DNA of 64,000 nt from NCBI GenBank assembly GCA_039024555.1, contig JBCCQQ010000005.1:64001-128000 (forward strand), given 5' to 3'. Of this stretch, positions 9,657-20,673 are shown piece by piece. Under the pieces are notes generated by a model. It did not search any database and was not told the DNA's origin. It worked only from the letters and a program-made list of their open reading frames with translations. The stretch's first letter is position 1; each line of letters starts with the position of its first letter. The DNA is from Cyanobacteria bacterium P01_D01_bin.156. GTDB taxonomy: Bacteria > Cyanobacteriota > Cyanobacteriia > Phormidesmidales > Phormidesmidaceae. Position numbers and translations under genes: made by a program.

Positions 9657-11789
9657 CTAACGCAGATTAGGAAGGACCTTGGTTGCTGGTAGAAACTGAC
9701 GCCGCTGGTGGTAGCTGCGGTATAGCAATAGCCCACTACTGGCTAGAGTAAATGCAGCCAGTGGCGCAACTACGGGCACCCAGGCATTGGTTAAGAAGAA
9801 GCCGATGGTAGTCCCTGAGATCACTATCACCCCGATGCCATAGGCCATTAGCAAATATCGTCGATGACGCAGCTGCCAAACCACCAGGCTACCGCCCCCA
9901 GCCCAGCCTAAAATCCATAGGATCTCCAGGGCATCTGGCCAAGCCCAGGCCAGAGGATACCCATCTAATACTGCGGTGAGAAATTGACTGACCATATGCA
10001 GGTGTAACTCCACACCGGACATTTGATAGTTGTTATCGCTAATATCACTACGCAGGGTATAGGGAGTAAAGAACTTGTCGTTACTGGTGTAGGCTGTGTT
10101 ACCAATCAGTACAATTCTGTCGCGAATCAGCTCCGGATCAACTCGATTCTCTAGAACATCCGTTAAGGATACTTGCTCAGCCACTTGGATAGGGGTGCGA
10201 TAAGTAATGGGGATCTGGTAGCCCGCCGTATCCGCAGCTTGATAGCCCCCGAAGCTAGGGTCCATAAGGGTGAAGCCCACATCACCAATGGTCATAAACT
10301 CGGTATCCCTATCGCTTTCTGCAGGCTGCAGTCGATGCTGCTCATAGAGATAGTGCATCGCCACCATCAGCCCAAAAGAGGTGTAAACTGGCTCATCTTC
10401 ATCATTAGAGAAGCTGGCAAACAATAAATTACGGCGAATTTTGCCATCGGGATCCAGAGGGAAGTCATTAAAACTGACTTGTTCAGGCGCTAACTCTGGT
10501 GGCGGCGGAATACTCTCACCGTCCGCATCCCCCAGTTTCGTAATACCAATAACATTAGAAGCGGCTAAGGTACGAGCCAGAGCCGCTCGCCCCTCACCGA
10601 CTGCAAAGTTACGATGGAGGTCAAGGCCAATGGTGCTCGGATTATGGCTCTGAATAATATCTAGGGCATCGGCGATTGATTGATCTGAGGGGGTATCACT
10701 TTGTTGGTTATTTAGATCCTGCTCGTTAATACCCACCAACAAAATTCGAGGGTCAGGTCCGAGGTCTCGTTGATAGGCGACTAACGTGTCGTATACCCTC
10801 AGTTCGAGAGGGACCCAGGCTCCCAATTGCCGCAGCCCCAGGGTCAGAGCGCTGGCTACAACAGTTGCGATCGCTACAGCCCGCACCCCCTGTTTCCGGG
10901 TGGGTTGCCAAACCGTTTCCTGAGGCAAAACGGTTTCGGCCATGGTCGGCGCATCCACTTCCTGGGCCAATTCATCGAGACGGCCTAAATCATGGAGCAC
11001 CTCAGCCGTGGTCTGATAGCGCTGGTAAAAATAATGGCACACCATTTTTCGCAACAGGCGCTTTAACCCGGGGCTAACATTGGCATAGTTCTCCCAGCGC
11101 AATTCTAGGGACGAGATATCTTCAGGTAAATCCGTTGGCTTACGTCCCGTCAACCCGTGAATCGCCGTCATTCCTAGGGCAAAAATGTCACTGCTAAATC
11201 TCGGTTTTCCCGCTAGTTGCTCGCTGGGGGTATACCCTTGGGTGCCAATACCGACCGTTAAGCTCGTAAGCTCACTGTCCATGAGTTGGGTACGAATTTC
11301 CTTGACTGCCCCAAAGTCAATCAAACACAGTTTGCCATCGTGAGCCCGCCGAATGAGATTGTCTGGCTTCAGGTCCCGATGAATCACTCGACGATGATGA
11401 ACAAATTGCAGAAGGCTTAAGGTTTCCTGCAGTAGTTCAATCACCTGGGACTCACTTAATCGACCCAGGCGATAGATTTCGTCCCCTAGGGATTCTCCAT
11501 CAATCAGTTCCTGAACCAGATAAAACTCTTGCTGTTCCTCAAATGAATCTAGGAGCTTAGGAATGCAGCTGTGGCTTCCTAAGCGCTTGAGCGTAGCAAC
11601 TTCGGTTTCAAACAACCGTCGGGCCACTTTCAGAAAGGTGGCATCGGTGCTGGCTGGCTTTAACTGCTTGACCACGCAGTCAGGCATTGTGGGTTGAGAT
11701 AAATCCCGCGCCACATAGGTTTGGCCAAAGCCTCCTGACCCCAATGTTTGCATTAATTGGTAGCGTTCCTTGAGAACCTTACCCAACAT
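9657..11789 (-). CDS. Ser/Thr protein kinase with C-terminal CHASE2 sensor and membrane helices
   Basis: LGSGGFG, VVKQL, HRDLKPDN, DFG; then TM, DPRILLVGINEQD...DPDGKIRR...IVLIG...GVELH (CHASE2), 3 TM. Confidence 0.92.
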   Translation of the reverse strand: MLGKVLKERYQLMQTLGSGGFGQTYVARDLSQPTMPDCVVKQLKPASTDATFLKVARRLFETEVATLKRLGSHSCIPKLLDSFEEQQEFYLVQELIDGESLGDEIYRLGRLSESQVIELLQETLSLLQFVHHRRVIHRDLKPDNLIRRAHDGKLCLIDFGAVKEIRTQLMDSELTSLTVGIGTQGYTPSEQLAGKPRFSSDIFALGMTAIHGLTGRKPTDLPEDISSLELRWENYANVSPGLKRLLRKMVCHYFYQRYQTTAEVLHDLGRLDELAQEVDAPTMAETVLPQETVWQPTRKQGVRAVAIATVVASALTLGLRQLGAWVPLELRVYDTLVAYQRDLGPDPRILLVGINEQDLNNQQSDTPSDQSIADALDIIQSHNPSTIGLDLHRNFAVGEGRAALARTLAASNVIGITKLGDADGESIPPPPELAPEQVSFNDFPLDPDGKIRRNLLFASFSNDEDEPVYTSFGLMVAMHYLYEQHRLQPAESDRDTEFMTIGDVGFTLMDPSFGGYQAADTAGYQIPITYRTPIQVAEQVSLTDVLENRVDPELIRDRIVLIGNTAYTSNDKFFTPYTLRSDISDNNYQMSGVELHLHMVSQFLTAVLDGYPLAWAWPDALEILWILGWAGGGSLVVWQLRHRRYLLMAYGIGVIVISGTTIGFFLTNAWVPVVAPLAAFTLASSGLLLYRSYHQRRQFLPATKVLPNLR

Positions 11790-11861
11790 CAGCCCTTGTC
11801 ACACCTCAACTGCTTACAGAAGATAGTCGGTCCCCTAACCTTACAGGTGTATACCCAAACT

Positions 11862-14150
11862 CTAGCCACGTTGAGTCAAGGATTGAGTTAAGGATTGAAT
11901 CGTGTTGAGCAATTTAGGTGGGGCAATAGGTTTCACTAAATGGGCATCAAAGCCTTGCATAGGAATGCTGTGGGTATTGTCTATATCATCTGCATCCACG
12001 AGAGAAATCACCTTAATGCCAGACGTCGCCACGTAACGTTTGAGATCATCCACAATGTACTGACTATTGCCACTGACTAGATGCTGATTCAAAATTATGG
12101 CCACCGGCTGCAATATTTCTACCTGGTGCACAATCCGGGATCCTTCAATCACCCAAATCACTTGGTAATTGGCAGCCGTTAACAAATCACAAATTAAGCT
12201 GGCACTGCTCTCATCATCCTCTAGCAAGATAATGCGCCCCGTGGTGGGTTCCACAGAGTGAAATGAATTGATCACCCCATCGGGATGCTGGATGGGAATA
12301 CGTACGGTAAACATGGAGCCTTTGCCAGGGGTAGACACCACTTGAATCGAACCATTATGCAGCTCAACCAGTTGCTTAGTCAGGGCTAATCCTAAACCTG
12401 TTCCTGGATACTGCCGCTGCCGAGTAGTTTCCAATTGCTTAAATTTTTCAAATAAGACAGCCTGCTGAGCTTCAGGAATCCCAATCCCTGTATCTTCTAC
12501 CTGAAACATCACATTATGGGGGTCTCGCCAAACCCGCAAACTTATGCGGCCATCTTTGTCTGTAAATTTAACCGCATTACTTAATAAATTAGCCAAAATC
12601 TGACGTATGCGCCGGGGGTCAGCCCTAAAACTATCTTCACCTTCCGAAAGCCGAAGATTAATTCGTAGGTCTACTCCTTTAGCCTGAGCTTCTTCTCGAA
12701 AACTCTCCAAACTACTGCGGGCTAAATTCGACAGAGAAAAATCGTTAATTTCCAGAACTGTTCGTCCCGCTTCAATTTTAGCAACATCCAAAATGTCATT
12801 GATAATATCTAAAAGCTGTTCTCCACTGCTATGGATGGTGTTGAGATAGTCTCGCTGCCGTGAGCTCAATTCTCCAAAAGACCAGCGCAATAGGGTGGCA
12901 GACATCCCAATGATGTAAGTCAGAGGAGTACGCAGTTCATGACTCATCGTAGCCAAAAATTCACTTTTGGTCTTATTGGCAGCTTCTGCAGCCATCAAAG
13001 CATCCCGCAAATTTTGAGTCCGCTCATCCACCTGGTTATTGAGCATAAGTTTTTGGTTTTGAAGTTGGTGTTCTAAATGAGCCTGGTGCAATGCGATCTC
13101 AACATGGGTTGCAACTTGAGATAAAAACTGACCTTCCCAGGATTGCCAGCCACGATGGCTTTTCTGGGAAGGTTGAGCTCTACAACGCTGGCCAACCAAT
13201 AACCCCCAAACCTCACCATCAAGACGTATGGGCACTATCAGCTGAGAGCGCACCTGAGCTTTTTCCAACCGCTCCACCAAACATGGAAACTGTTGATAGT
13301 GCTCGATCACATTATCAACAGCGTAGTAAGCGCTAGTATCGGTTGTGTAGCGCTGCTGCCAGGAGGCATCCTGTTGACAATGGATATCGGTCTGGTGCAA
13401 AACAGATACTATTGCTGAAGACTTACATACTTCATAGGCAACATGAGGCATAAACTGACTCTCCTCTGGTAGCCTCAAAGCTCCTTTTGCATCAGCTTGG
13501 TAGATATAGGGACCAGCATCAACAGCCTGAAAAATAAATAATCGATCCAGACATAGCCAAGCACAAACATCCTCTAAGGTAGACCGTATTAATCCGTCAA
13601 AGGACTGCTCAGGCTGATTCAATCGTTCTGCGATACGTTGCAAAACTGCAGCGGAGGACACCGAAATCTGAGAATCTGTCAAAATATCTAGACCACTGTC
13701 CTCAAAAATTAGCCGATGTATCCATTGCAGCAACGTAGGATTATCAAACGGCAGTACAGGTAGAGCTGGCGAAACTGTTGACATCATCCCCTGTTGCAGA
13801 TTCTCCCAGTGGGTATAGCGACTCGGACTCAGGTGTTTTTTTAACCACGGCAGCGACAAAAATTCTCTAATGACAGCCGGGTTGGCACACAGGCACACCC
13901 GATAGTCCTCTCCAGGTTGTTCCTGAGCTAGTAACAAAAGGCATCCCTGCTCGGTTACAAGCAGCGTAAACCGATCGAGATCAGCCGTTTTAGGCAATTG
14001 GTCTAGATCCTGTTCCGACAGCGCAACCACAGTCGGTACTTCAGCCAAGCTCCTGTGCAATTGTTCAAATACAGGATACGGCACACTTTGATAATTCAAT
14101 GCTGAAGAGAAGCTAGACATGGCCACTATGACATCTCTGGCAGGCAACAA
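11862..14150 (-). CDS. cikA: Circadian input kinase CikA (GAF-HisKA-HATPase-pseudo-receiver)
   Basis: MSHELRTPLTYIIGMSATLLRWSFG H-box typical of CikA; receiver lacks the phospho-Asp (IILNQHL); GAF with PCL. Confidence 0.88.
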   Translation of the reverse strand: MLPARDVIVAMSSFSSALNYQSVPYPVFEQLHRSLAEVPTVVALSEQDLDQLPKTADLDRFTLLVTEQGCLLLLAQEQPGEDYRVCLCANPAVIREFLSLPWLKKHLSPSRYTHWENLQQGMMSTVSPALPVLPFDNPTLLQWIHRLIFEDSGLDILTDSQISVSSAAVLQRIAERLNQPEQSFDGLIRSTLEDVCAWLCLDRLFIFQAVDAGPYIYQADAKGALRLPEESQFMPHVAYEVCKSSAIVSVLHQTDIHCQQDASWQQRYTTDTSAYYAVDNVIEHYQQFPCLVERLEKAQVRSQLIVPIRLDGEVWGLLVGQRCRAQPSQKSHRGWQSWEGQFLSQVATHVEIALHQAHLEHQLQNQKLMLNNQVDERTQNLRDALMAAEAANKTKSEFLATMSHELRTPLTYIIGMSATLLRWSFGELSSRQRDYLNTIHSSGEQLLDIINDILDVAKIEAGRTVLEINDFSLSNLARSSLESFREEAQAKGVDLRINLRLSEGEDSFRADPRRIRQILANLLSNAVKFTDKDGRISLRVWRDPHNVMFQVEDTGIGIPEAQQAVLFEKFKQLETTRQRQYPGTGLGLALTKQLVELHNGSIQVVSTPGKGSMFTVRIPIQHPDGVINSFHSVEPTTGRIILLEDDESSASLICDLLTAANYQVIWVIEGSRIVHQVEILQPVAIILNQHLVSGNSQYIVDDLKRYVATSGIKVISLVDADDIDNTHSIPMQGFDAHLVKPIAPPKLLNTIQSLTQSLTQRG

Positions 14151-15052
14151 ATTTTACGGCGAAAAATACTCAAAACAGGTACTTCGTTTCAACAAAAACG
14201 GTAGGGCGACTGAATTAAAACTCTTGTTATGAGACGATAGGGATTAATTTTGAATAGACTTAAATGTCGATGGAGACAGCTTTTATGTATCCATCAATCT
14301 TGAAACCTACTCTAATACCCAGCTCACAACTGCTGCAGACAACAGTCCATTTACTTTCTAAACATTTTTAGAGGATTGAATCATCGGTAGTCAGGGCTTA
14401 CACAAGCCTAGAAAAGATATCATCAGTGCTTCAACACCACAGATTCCTTAACGATAAAACCGGTATTTGAGCCTCAAAGATCACCCTAATGAGATTCTTT
14501 ACCATTTACTTTCAAAGAATAATTTAAATACAACAAACCTCATTAAGTAAAAAGTACTAGAACCTTTGCCTAAATTGATACAAAATCGGAGTAAACAGTA
14601 ATTATTAAGTCTCTAAATGAAGCTTTCCAAATATTTACTAGGACAAGTTTGAGAAGCCATTAAATGAAAATCATTTGTTTGGATTAGGCGTTTTTTTTGA
14701 AAGAAGAAGTATAAAAATAGACGACATAATCTGTCTTTGCTGACTTAGGATATGAAATGCTCAATAAAACCAGCTGCAGGCTAGATATGAGGGATAAAGT
14801 TATCTCGATAATCGGCAATACCTACAACTTTCACAAGCCTAACTCTGGAAAATTGTTAGCAGATTAAAACCCTAGACTTCCTTCACAATTTAATGCCAAC
14901 AGTTGCAGAGTATAGATATTCAGTAATAAAGTGCAGCCGATGACTGCTAAATACCGGATTGGTTGGCCAGCCGTTTGTTGAGGGCAACAGCGCGTCGCCA
15001 TCGCAAAAGTCGCAGACCATTGGCCTGCACTACCTAAAGCAGAAACCTTGAT

Positions 15053-15087
15053 GTGATTTTATTTTTTCACTCAAAAAATAAAATCAC
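15053..15087. promoter_or_regulatory. Perfect 15-5-15 inverted repeat upstream of the ArsR gene; candidate operator
   Basis: gtgattttatttttt-cactc-aaaaaataaaatcac. Confidence 0.45.
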
Positions 15088-15180
15088 TCTATTGCTATTG
15101 ATAAATATGTTGTTACAATACCCATCAGATTTTGATACGGCAAATATGACCGTTTCCTTGAGGGTTTTGGAGGTCCTGCA

Positions 15181-15564
15181 ATGGAGCCTATCTCCGCTGA
15201 AGTGATTCAGCAAGTGGCTGATTATTTCAGCGTTCTAAGTGAACCTATGAGACTCAAGATCTTGAATCTTCTAGGTAGCGGTGAAAAGTGCGTGCAGGAA
15301 CTGGTTGAGGTGACTGAAACGAGTCAGGCCAATGTTTCTAAACATCTGAAGGTGATGTTGCAGGCAGGTATATTGGTCCGTCGTACTGAGGGCACATCTT
15401 CGTTTTATCGGGTCGCAGACGATCTAAGCTTCCAGCTTTGCAGCCTGGTGTGTGATCGCATTGCTAGCCGGATTGAAGAGCAGGCAAAGCATTTTCGGGC
15501 CTTTAGCTTTTCAAACCAGGAAATGGCTACTCAAGAAGTTAGTGAAGCTAACGTAGCCGGATAG
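15181..15564 (+). CDS. ArsR/SmtB family transcriptional regulator
   Basis: FSVLSEPMRLKIL, SQANVSKHLKVM winged HTH. Confidence 0.92.
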   Translation: MEPISAEVIQQVADYFSVLSEPMRLKILNLLGSGEKCVQELVEVTETSQANVSKHLKVMLQAGILVRRTEGTSSFYRVADDLSFQLCSLVCDRIASRIEEQAKHFRAFSFSNQEMATQEVSEANVAG

Positions 15565-15630
15565 GCCACATCCGCAAGAATTAAACCTTAAAGCTGCGGG
15601 CACAGGGTACTGTGAATCAGCTAATGCCAG

Positions 15631-17757
15631 TTAAACCAGACTGTAGTGGCAGCCCACCGTAGCCCACTGAGCCGTGTTTAAGGTGTAACTGTCAGTATCG
15701 TTTTCAGCCGCTTTTGGATCGTTTAGATCATCCATCAACGCTTGAATCAGCCGTAAAGCATGCTCTCCTAAGGGAACTCGCTGATTATTAGTCGTGTTGA
15801 CCAACGTCAGTAACTCTTGCCAGCACTGGGTCAGGGGTCGACTGCTACAAACCAGGTATGTTTCCACCCGCCCCTCTGAGTCATCTACTAGCCAGGTGGT
15901 TTGACTCGGCATAGCTGTGGCCGTCCCTGGTGCCAATGTGAGAGCAGTTTGCAACGTCTCCAGGGTATAGGACTGACCATCGCTAGACGGGAAAAAGGCC
16001 ATCATTCGATCGTGGGCATCAAATCCCAGCAGCATACTGTATACCGGAGATTCACCAAAATTCAGGGCCTGATAGCGGATTTGGGAGCCTTTTGAAAATT
16101 CAACGGGATAGTTCTGACGGTTTACCGCATCTGCTAAACGGCTTTTGGAGGATTTACCTGAAGCACGCCGGGTTTCCCGTTGCAAAACTAACTTATCGGT
16201 TTCACCTGCCAACAGTAGATTAAGTCGAACCGCTAGATGCGATGAAGCTTGGTTCTCACTTAACCGTAGCAGCTTCATTGCCAGGATAGTTTTAAGCTTA
16301 GGGGCCAGACGACTCACTGCCATTTTTACCGCCTCGTCCTGTTTTGCTAACGATCCCACAATCAACTCTCGAGTAGGCGTAAACAATCCATAAATCTGTT
16401 TGGTGCTCGTTCTAGATACGGCCATCTCAGTGACTTTATCCGGTGGGACCTTGCCCAACATACAGTCAGCAGGGTGCGTATCATCAGTGGAGTCCACAAA
16501 GGATAGGGCCGCTAGGGCACTGGTGGCATCAACTCGTTCAATTCTTGCTAGATCAGAATCTAAGGAAACGACTAAGGGCAATGCCTTGGGTAAAATACGG
16601 GTGATCTCATACAGGGGCTGTCCTACCACAGCGGTTTCCCCCTCAGGCAGCTTTAGCCGTCCGGTTAATCCAGCGTGAGCGCGCGCCATAAATTTGGGGA
16701 CGTTGCTATCCGATTGCTGTGATAGTCCAAATTTTTCGCCATACTGCACCACATCGGCTGGCAGACCGCCCAACCAGAGGCTGACCGAACGACCATCAAC
16801 TGCAGTGATCACTGCATCCAAAGATGGCAAATCAGTTTCTCCGTAAATCGTATGCTCATCAGCGGTGCGGGTAGTCCAATAGGGGGTCTGATTCGGGACC
16901 AGGGGTAATATCAATTCCTGAGCCCCCCGCATGGCGGCCGATAGTCCAGCTGGCAATTGAGCAGACCAAAGGTAACGTGTCAATGCATAGGTAAATAAAC
17001 CTGCCCCAAAATCATCCCACTGGCGTTCAATTACCGGTTGGCCATCGCGTGCGGCCAACAACAAATCACCCGGAAAAAACGCAGGTTCGGTTCTCGTTTG
17101 TATTTTCTCCAGCTCTGATGCAAGAGACGCCGACACCTCAGGGAAATCAATCCCATCCACGGTAGGGATATCTGTGCGAGCACGACCGTAATAGCCACCG
17201 GACAAACTAATTGGCTGACTATGACCGGCATCCACCACCGTAAATACCTGTTTAGTCTTCAGTTTTGCCAGAATTTGTTTTACCCATGGCACAGGCACAT
17301 CTTTAGACATAGGATTGTCTGATGTTGGCAATACACCGTCCACCGGCACCCAGGTCTTAACAGCTTTACCGTCCAACATCACTTGAGCACCATAGCCACT
17401 AAAGTGCACAATCACACAGTCGTTGGCCACCGAGGTGTCGGCTAATTGAAAAAGAGCTTCTAGAATCCCTGCTTGAGTAGCCTGGGCATCCACCAGAGTA
17501 ACAATGTCATCATCGGCAAACCCAAAGCGATGAACTAACAACTGTCGCTGAAGTTCAACATCCGTCACGCAACCATGCAGCGGTTTTAGCTTTGGACCCA
17601 ATACCGCATTTGGATATTGATTGATCCCAATCAGCAGTGCCCGTTTTCGACGGGCAGTGTCGGCTAGTGCCTGTTGCCACCCTAAAAGCCGGGACTGACT
17701 CAGCCCCAAGCCTCCTAAAATGACACCTGTTGCTGACAAAAACTCTCGTCGCTTCAC
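15631..17757 (-). CDS. Caspase-family (C14 p20) protein, likely inactive pseudo-orthocaspase, Tat signal, C-terminal DUF4384-like domain
   Basis: MKRREFL; ALLIGINQY, LHGCVTDV; HFSGYG (His->Tyr) and DAGHS (Cys->Gly). Confidence 0.85.
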   Translation of the reverse strand: MKRREFLSATGVILGGLGLSQSRLLGWQQALADTARRKRALLIGINQYPNAVLGPKLKPLHGCVTDVELQRQLLVHRFGFADDDIVTLVDAQATQAGILEALFQLADTSVANDCVIVHFSGYGAQVMLDGKAVKTWVPVDGVLPTSDNPMSKDVPVPWVKQILAKLKTKQVFTVVDAGHSQPISLSGGYYGRARTDIPTVDGIDFPEVSASLASELEKIQTRTEPAFFPGDLLLAARDGQPVIERQWDDFGAGLFTYALTRYLWSAQLPAGLSAAMRGAQELILPLVPNQTPYWTTRTADEHTIYGETDLPSLDAVITAVDGRSVSLWLGGLPADVVQYGEKFGLSQQSDSNVPKFMARAHAGLTGRLKLPEGETAVVGQPLYEITRILPKALPLVVSLDSDLARIERVDATSALAALSFVDSTDDTHPADCMLGKVPPDKVTEMAVSRTSTKQIYGLFTPTRELIVGSLAKQDEAVKMAVSRLAPKLKTILAMKLLRLSENQASSHLAVRLNLLLAGETDKLVLQRETRRASGKSSKSRLADAVNRQNYPVEFSKGSQIRYQALNFGESPVYSMLLGFDAHDRMMAFFPSSDGQSYTLETLQTALTLAPGTATAMPSQTTWLVDDSEGRVETYLVCSSRPLTQCWQELLTLVNTTNNQRVPLGEHALRLIQALMDDLNDPKAAENDTDSYTLNTAQWATVGCHYSLV

Positions 17758-17903
17758 AGCTCTACCCCATTGGCTTTAGGAATGAGTACAGCCATCGTTC
17801 TTACGAATCAGAGCATGGAAAATGGCCTCACGGGGACAAGAGTACCGTATTGGCGCTGGATTAATTGCTAAGATTGCCCGATCCCTAGAAAAATGGCTAC
17901 TAA

Positions 17904-18962
17904 TTACAAAAATGGTCGAATAATACCACCACCGAGGACTCGATCTTCACTGTCATACCAGACCGCAGCCTGCCCCGGTGAAACACTAAATTGAGGTTCC
18001 TCAAAAACCAGTTTGATAGAGCCATCGGCTAGGGGTACAACCGTGGCAGGTACGGCAGCAGACCGATAGCGAATTTGAACAGTCACCAAGATCGGTGTGT
18101 CGGGCGCTGAAATAGATACCCAGTTAACCCGATCCACCATACAGTCAGGCTGATGAACACTATCTCGTTCTCCCACCACCACCTGATTACGAGCAACGTC
18201 TATGGCCACTACATATAAAGGTGCAGGAGCGGCAATGCCCAAGCCTTTGCGTTGGCCGATAGTGTAGTGGTGAATTCCCGTATGCTGCCCTAGCACCTGC
18301 CCTTCAGTATCAACAATATTCCCTGGTTTAGGAGCCAAGTATTTATCCAAAAAGGCTTGCATGGAACCATGTTGCTCAATTAAGCAAAGATCCTGGCTTT
18401 CAGGCTTTTCAGCCGTATGCAGACTCAGCTGAGCAGCCATCGCCCGCGTTTGTACTTTCGTTTGCTCCCCTAGGGGAAACTGGGTTGCGCCTAATTGTTC
18501 CTGGGTCAAATCGTAAAGAAAATAGGACTGGTCCTTAGAGCGGTCTACGGCACGACGCAATTCATACCGTTCCGTCTGGGGATTGTGGGTAATCCGAGCG
18601 TAGTGGCCAGTGGCAATGGTATCGGCCCCAAATTCTTGACGGGCGTATTCCAACATAGGGCCAAACTTGACAGTGCTATTGCACTGGGAGCAGGGTAAGG
18701 GCGTCACTCCCTGGCTGTACCCTTCCACCAAATAATTGATAATCTTCTCTTCAAATAGCTCACGGGTATCCACAACATGGTATGGCACCTGCAACTCCTC
18801 ACACAGCTGAGCCGCATCTACCATACCTTCGGAGCAGCACTGCCCCTTACCCTTCATTAGCCAAAGGGTAAGACCAATAACTTCATGTCCCTGTTGGTGT
18901 AATGTGGCAGCCGCCACTGAGCTATCAACTCCACCAGACAGACCTACAACAACTTTTCCCAT
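17904..18962 (-). CDS. mnmA: tRNA 2-thiouridine synthase
   Basis: SGGVDSS, PCSQCN, ATGHYA, KDQSYFL, TIGQRKG, PGQAAV; start set at MGKVVV. Confidence 0.97.
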   Translation of the reverse strand: MGKVVVGLSGGVDSSVAAATLHQQGHEVIGLTLWLMKGKGQCCSEGMVDAAQLCEELQVPYHVVDTRELFEEKIINYLVEGYSQGVTPLPCSQCNSTVKFGPMLEYARQEFGADTIATGHYARITHNPQTERYELRRAVDRSKDQSYFLYDLTQEQLGATQFPLGEQTKVQTRAMAAQLSLHTAEKPESQDLCLIEQHGSMQAFLDKYLAPKPGNIVDTEGQVLGQHTGIHHYTIGQRKGLGIAAPAPLYVVAIDVARNQVVVGERDSVHQPDCMVDRVNWVSISAPDTPILVTVQIRYRSAAVPATVVPLADGSIKLVFEEPQFSVSPGQAAVWYDSEDRVLGGGIIRPFL

Positions 18963-19115
18963 GTGCAAACCGACCAAGATGCCATTTCTTAGGCTAGCAT
19001 TCCAATCACAAAACCGTGGCGGTTCTTGAGGACTTTTTAGAGACCAAAAATAGCTCGGAGTCCCCAACGCTTAGCCCGCAGTCAAAAAAGTCCCAAGCTT
19101 TCCGATGAAATTGAC

Positions 19116-20669
19116 GTGATGACGATTATCCAAACGCGCAACACGATTCAAAGGTTTTGTGTAACGGCCGCTCAAATGCAGGCGATTGAAAAACAAATCT
19201 TTGCTGTGGGGTTTCCCATCGCAGCCTTAATGGAAAAGGTCGCGGCACGTATTGTTACCTACGGGCAACACCATTGGTTAAAGCATCAGCGAATTGGGGT
19301 GTTGGCCGGGCCGGGGCACAATGGCGGGGATGCTCTGGTGGTGGCCCGAGAGCTATTTTTGCAGGGGTATGAGGTAATCATTTACAGTCCATTTGAGCGC
19401 TGTAAACCCCTAACGGAAGGCCATGGACGCTACTGCCGCAGCCTAGGTATCCCCTGGTACCAGACTGATCTAGAAGCTATTTTGGGGCAATGCCACTTAG
19501 TCCTCGATGGACTATTTGGATTTGGACTCAATCGTCCACTAGTGGGCGCTCTTGCTGCAGATGTAGAGTCTTTGAATCGGCACTCCGTGACGGTGGTCAG
19601 TATTGATCTACCTTCGGGGCTGCATACCGACACTGGGGAAGTTTTGGGTACGGCAGTTCATGCGAGTACAACACTGTGTCTGGGGCTGTGGAAACAGGCT
19701 TTTCTACAGGAAACGGCTCAACCCTATCTGGGGGAGACCGTGCTGATTGATTTTGATATTCCTTTAGCCAATATTGAGCAGGTACTGGGGACTCACCCTC
19801 AGGTACAGCGTCTAACTGATGTGCAAGCGTTGCAAGCACTACCGCTGCACCGCTCTCCCGTAGCCCACAAGTATACGGTGGGACACCTGTTGCTGATTGC
19901 CGGTTCCAGACAATACATGGGGGCTGCTCTGTTAGCAGGGCATGGCGCCATGGCCAGCGGTGTAGGCATGATTACGCTAGTGGTTCCAGACAGTGTGCGC
20001 CACCAGGCGATTGCTCAACTGCCTGGTGCTCTGGTTATGGGTGTGGAAGAGTCCGCTCAGGGCACCATAGCCACCCTACCGGCGCTGAATTTTAATCGGT
20101 ACGATGCGATCGCGTGTGGCCCTGGACTAGCCCAGGTGCCTTGGCTGACCCAAGTATTAGATAGCGCCGCACCACTACTGCTCGATGCGGATGGTCTTAA
20201 TGGCATCACCGCCCACCAACTGAGCCAGCGTTCCGGGCTGACGGTCATTACCCCCCATCCTGGCGAATTTAAGCGTCTGTTTCCCGATGTTAGCTGTAAC
20301 CATGCGGGGGCTTTGACAGCCGCTCAACAAACCAACATCACAGTTGTTTTGAAAGGGTCTAAGGTCACCATCGCCACCCCCGATGGTCGCCTGTGGCTAA
20401 ACCCCAGCAGTACCCCAGCCTTGGCGCGAGGTGGCAGCGGCGATGTATTAACTGGGCTCATGGGTGGGCTGATGGCCCAAAACAGAATGACCGCAGACGC
20501 TGCTCAAGCGGTTATCAGTGCTGCATTGGGTGCAGTTTGGTGGCATGCTCAAGCAGGCATCTATGCCCACAGACGACGGACCGTTCTGGGGGTTGATCCA
20601 TTAGAACTGTCGCGGGCACTCAATCCTGCCCTGGCAGAGTGTCAAGAATTACTTTCTGAGTTTGGCTGA
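19116..20669 (+). CDS. nnr: Bifunctional NAD(P)H-hydrate epimerase/dehydratase
   Basis: GPGHNGGD, DLPSG (YjeF_N); GPGL, DADG, TPHPGEF, GGSGDVLTG (YjeF_C). Confidence 0.93.
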   Translation: MMTIIQTRNTIQRFCVTAAQMQAIEKQIFAVGFPIAALMEKVAARIVTYGQHHWLKHQRIGVLAGPGHNGGDALVVARELFLQGYEVIIYSPFERCKPLTEGHGRYCRSLGIPWYQTDLEAILGQCHLVLDGLFGFGLNRPLVGALAADVESLNRHSVTVVSIDLPSGLHTDTGEVLGTAVHASTTLCLGLWKQAFLQETAQPYLGETVLIDFDIPLANIEQVLGTHPQVQRLTDVQALQALPLHRSPVAHKYTVGHLLLIAGSRQYMGAALLAGHGAMASGVGMITLVVPDSVRHQAIAQLPGALVMGVEESAQGTIATLPALNFNRYDAIACGPGLAQVPWLTQVLDSAAPLLLDADGLNGITAHQLSQRSGLTVITPHPGEFKRLFPDVSCNHAGALTAAQQTNITVVLKGSKVTIATPDGRLWLNPSSTPALARGGSGDVLTGLMGGLMAQNRMTADAAQAVISAALGAVWWHAQAGIYAHRRRTVLGVDPLELSRALNPALAECQELLSEFG

Positions 20670-20673
20670 GCCT

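Noticed and set aside
9657..11789. Kinase-before-CHASE2 domain order as a novelty
   Set aside because: Kinase/CHASE2 fusions are common in filamentous cyanobacteria
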